Assembly: GCA_963823555.1 (NCBI GenBank)
Contig: CAWGMA010000004.1
Span: 480,001 to 544,000 of the forward strand
Source: Candidatus Eiseniibacteriota bacterium
GTDB taxonomy: Bacteria > Eisenbacteria > RBG-16-71-46 > CAVPCR01
DNA: 64,000 nucleotides
Direction of reading: 5' to 3'
Shown here: positions 61,079 through 64,000 of the stretch, piece by piece
How positions within the stretch are numbered: the stretch's first letter is position 1
How the letters are laid out: each line of letters opens with the position of its first letter
The notes under the pieces: generated by a model
Told to the model about the DNA's origin: nothing
Seen by the model: the letters and a program-made list of their open reading frames with translations, nothing else
Database searches by the model: none
Translations under genes and position numbers: made by a program

Positions 61079-61594
61079 GTGAGGAAGGGGAGCGGATCAT
61101 GGTCGCCGGCGATCCTCGTGATCGTCTCGGCGCTCGTGCTGCCAGCGATGGTCGGACGCGCGGAGCCGGAGGCGGATGCACCCGGCTCCGCCGCGCCGCC
61201 GCCGCAGGGTCGCCAGCCCCTTGACTTCGGAGACGTGGTGGCGGGGATCGAGCTGAGCGTGAGCCGGCTCGATGGGCGCCGCGCCGGATCGTGGAAGCTC
61301 TTCGGTCGAGAGGATCAGGAGGTGCTCCTGACCTTCAACCTGCCGGCGGCACTCGCCGGTCCGCGCGGGGCGGCGTTGCCGATCCGGTTCGGCCGGGAGG
61401 ACGGCGGGTTCACGACCGAGCACCGGCCCGACCAGGCGCGGGGCTTCGATCCGCAGGTGCCGTATCTCGGCCGGCTGGGTCGCGGTGGTCATGCCTACGT
61501 GTTCCTGGGCGGCACCGTGAGTCCGCCGCTCGGGCAGCGTGCCGGAGCATATCAAGGCACGGTGACGCTCACCGTCGCCTTCACGGCGAATTGA
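61079..61594 (+). CDS. DUF4402-like pilin 2
   Basis: Signal peptide, LDFGDV, FDP, VFLGGTVSP, GAYQGTVTLTVAF. Confidence 0.72.
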   Translation: MRKGSGSWSPAILVIVSALVLPAMVGRAEPEADAPGSAAPPPQGRQPLDFGDVVAGIELSVSRLDGRRAGSWKLFGREDQEVLLTFNLPAALAGPRGAALPIRFGREDGGFTTEHRPDQARGFDPQVPYLGRLGRGGHAYVFLGGTVSPPLGQRAGAYQGTVTLTVAFTAN

Positions 61595-61695
61595 CAGTTC
61601 TGTGATCGCGGTCCACCGGACCGGCGATGCGGAAGGGCCGGATGGGAATCGGAAGGAAGGATAGACGGATGGATCCGAGGAATGAAACGAAGGGA

Positions 61696-62526
61696 ATGCC
61701 CACCAAGCGGCTCGCATCCCTGCTTCTGGCGGTCCTGGCCCTCTGGGCCGGCACGGCGGGAGCGGTCGTCGTCGCGCCGCATGCCCTCTTCATCGATCAC
61801 CGCACGCGCTCCGGCGTGCTCTACGTGCACAACCCGGGTGATGTGCCGGAGGAGGTCACCGTCGATCTCGAGTACGGCTACCCGGTGTCGGATGGCGAGG
61901 GCGGGGTGAAGATCGAACTCATCCCCGACCCGCCGGCTGATGCTCCATCGGCCGCCGGCTGGGTCCGCGCCCTCCCGGCGCGCACGGTCGTGGCTCCCGG
62001 GGCCAGGCAGGCGATCCGTTTCCTCGCCCAGCCCCCGGCCGGGCTCGCCGACGGCGAGTACTGGAGCCGCGTCATCGTCACCGCGCGCGGGGGGCAGCCG
62101 CCCGTCGCGGCGGCCGGCAACGAGGCGGTGCAGGTCGGCCTCACCCTCGAGATGCGCACCATCACCTCGCTGACGTATCGCAAGGGCAAGGTGACTACCG
62201 GCGTCCAGCTCGACGGCTTCACCGCACAGCTGGGTGGTGACACCTTGACGACCGACACCCGCCTCTCGCGCGCGGGAGAGGGCGCCTTCCTCGGCACGCT
62301 GGAGTTCACGCTGACGGATCCGGCCGGCGCCATCGTCGGCAAGTGGAAGAACGCCGTCGCCGTCTACGAGGATCTCTACCGCCGCCTCGAGTTTCCGGTG
62401 GGGGCGCTGGCGCCCGGCCGCTATGTCGTCGGGCTCCGGGTGTCCACGGCGCGCGACGACATTCCCGAAGCCCATGTCCTGCCGGCGCCGCCGGTCGAGA
62501 CCACCGTGGCCGTGGACGTGCCCTGA
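61696..62526 (+). CDS. Putative periplasmic pilus chaperone (two Ig-like domains)
   Basis: Signal peptide, VVVAPHALFI, VHNPG, W...P....VAPGARQAIRF, PPAGLADGEYW. Confidence 0.7.
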   Translation: MPTKRLASLLLAVLALWAGTAGAVVVAPHALFIDHRTRSGVLYVHNPGDVPEEVTVDLEYGYPVSDGEGGVKIELIPDPPADAPSAAGWVRALPARTVVAPGARQAIRFLAQPPAGLADGEYWSRVIVTARGGQPPVAAAGNEAVQVGLTLEMRTITSLTYRKGKVTTGVQLDGFTAQLGGDTLTTDTRLSRAGEGAFLGTLEFTLTDPAGAIVGKWKNAVAVYEDLYRRLEFPVGALAPGRYVVGLRVSTARDDIPEAHVLPAPPVETTVAVDVP

Positions 62527-62572
62527 TTCCCAGCGCAGAGGGCGCTCGAGGAACGCTTGAACGATGAAGAGC

Positions 62573-63118
62573 ATGGCGACAGAAGCGCAGTGGAGAGGAC
62601 GGGCCGCCCGGGGCGTCATGCTGCTCGCCGGGCTCGCTCTCTTCCAGGCCTTGCTCCCGACTTCAGCTCTCGCGCAGTCATCGATCACCGCGAGCGCCGT
62701 CGTCGTCGGGGGCAATCTCGACATCGCCCGCGAGCGGGATCTCGATTTCGGCGATGTGATCCGCGGGGTGCCGGTGACGATCGCCATCCGTGACAACAAC
62801 GCCGGGCGCTTCCGCATCACCGGCAGCCCGGGCGCCGATGTCTCGCTCAACTTCCTCCTGCCCACGCTCCTCGCCTCCGGTCCCAACACCATGCCCATCA
62901 GCTTCGGGCCGAGCTCGGCAGGTCACTACCCGTTCAACGTGCCCCGCTTCGCGACCCTCTTCGATCCGCGGGTCCCGGCGGCGGCCCAGCTGCGCAACCA
63001 GGGTCCCACCGGGTACCTGTTCGTCTGGCTGGGGGGCACGGTGTCGCCGTCGGCCTTGCAGGCGCCGGGCATCTACACCGGGAACATCACCCTGGTCACC
63101 TCCTACACCGGAAGCTAG
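62573..63118 (+). CDS. DUF4402-like pilin 3
   Basis: Signal peptide, SITASAVV, DLDFGDV, FDP, VWLGGTVSP, GIYTGNITL..Y. Confidence 0.72.
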   Translation: MATEAQWRGRAARGVMLLAGLALFQALLPTSALAQSSITASAVVVGGNLDIARERDLDFGDVIRGVPVTIAIRDNNAGRFRITGSPGADVSLNFLLPTLLASGPNTMPISFGPSSAGHYPFNVPRFATLFDPRVPAAAQLRNQGPTGYLFVWLGGTVSPSALQAPGIYTGNITLVTSYTGS

Positions 63119-63151
63119 AGAGGGCCGTCCTCGTTGCGAGGAGGCATCGGG

Positions 63152-64000
63152 ATGGCAGGGAACGCTCGTAGCACGACGGCGCCGGCGGCCCGCATCGAGG
63201 CTGCCGTTCGCGCTGCCGGTCTCGCGGCTCTCGTGCTCGTGCTCCTCGTCCCATGCCCGACGCGCGCCGGCGATGACGACATCGTCATCGAGCTCCATGC
63301 CGGGCGGCTCGCCCGGCAGACCCTGCTCGCGCGCACCGCAGGCGGCATGGTGCTCGTCCCGGCCCGGCCGCTCTTCGAGATGATCGAGGTGCGCGCCAGC
63401 GTCGACTCGACCGGCCATCTCACGGCGGTCCGGGAGCCGAAGGGCATCCCCATCGAGGTCGACTTCACCCGGCAGTCGGCCCGTTCAGGAAATGACGTCT
63501 TCACGCAAGGATCGGCTCCGATGGCCTGGGCCGGAGGAGAGCTCTACCTGGGAACGCCCCTCATCGAGCACCTGCTCGATCTGAAGGTGGTCGTGGACTG
63601 GGCGGAGCTGGCCGTCATTCTGGATCCGGTCGATGATCTACCCCTGGGCCGTCGCCTCGCTCGCGAGCGGGCCCGCGCCGCGCGCCGGGGCGGGAGCGAC
63701 GATCCTCAGCCGGACCGCCTGCTCGGACCGGGCCCGGAGGCCGTTTCCGGCGCCGCCCTCGACTGGGGTCTCTTCATTCCCGACTTCGCCCTGCCCCAGG
63801 CCTCGAGCTACGAGCTTCGCTTCGGCACCGGTCTCGCCGGCGGCGCCTTCGATCTTCGCCACCGGGGCACCGCCGGCGGGAGAGCCGAGCACCCGATTGC
63901 CGCCTCCTGGGTTCGCGCCTGGCCGGAGGGATGGATCCCCCGCCAGCTCCGCCTCGGCTGGGTGGCCTCGACCGGGCCGCACGCCCGGCTCTTCCGCGGC
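63152..64000 (+). CDS. Putative usher-like outer-membrane assembly protein, truncated at the window edge
   Basis: Translated by hand: GAGGAGG RBS, signal peptide, then DIVIEL, VLVPARPLF, GELYL, VDWAELAVIL, LP..RR..RE, ALDW, GLAGG; open to the window end. Confidence 0.6.
   Translation, partial: MAGNARSTTAPAARIEAAVRAAGLAALVLVLLVPCPTRAGDDDIVIELHAGRLARQTLLARTAGGMVLVPARPLFEMIEVRASVDSTGHLTAVREPKGIPIEVDFTRQSARSGNDVFTQGSAPMAWAGGELYLGTPLIEHLLDLKVVVDWAELAVILDPVDDLPLGRRLARERARAARRGGSDDPQPDRLLGPGPEAVSGAALDWGLFIPDFALPQASSYELRFGTGLAGGAFDLRHRGTAGGRAEHPIAASWVRAWPEGWIPRQLRLGWVASTGPHARLFRG

Overview
A 64-kb window of very GC-rich bacterial DNA. Several secreted proteins end in a FlgD-Ig/'T9SS-like' C-terminal domain, which suggests an FCB-superphylum lineage such as Ca. 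Eisenbacteria; this is an inference. Most of the window is core or metabolic: mgtE, xth, an S8 protease, aroC, an AmmeMemoRadiSam enzyme, corA, tkt, a SplB-like radical SAM, an iodotyrosine-deiodinase-like nitroreductase, a fused E1 alpha/beta 2-oxoacid dehydrogenase, mqnC and a nucleotide-sugar/GT4 block. A ~10-kb accessory island (20.7-30.6 kb) is bounded by an exact 43-bp duplication of a gene 3' end. It holds ISL3, IS91 and rve-integrase remnants, twin oriIS-like repeats, orphan secreted proteins and an ECF sigma factor interrupted at a C10 tract. Two loci look most novel. The first is a tightly packed operon: PLP enzyme, DUF1611 (DgcN-like), a PP-loop/Cys-motif domain fused to a creatininase domain, and an enolase-family epimerase (DgcA-like). 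The second is a non-canonical chaperone-usher-like fibre locus with three DUF4402-like subunits, cut by the right edge of the window. Several apparent one-base frameshifts, most in G/C homopolymers, probably reflect sequencing error. No rRNA, tRNA or CRISPR array was seen. All family assignments come from motif recognition by eye, not database searches.
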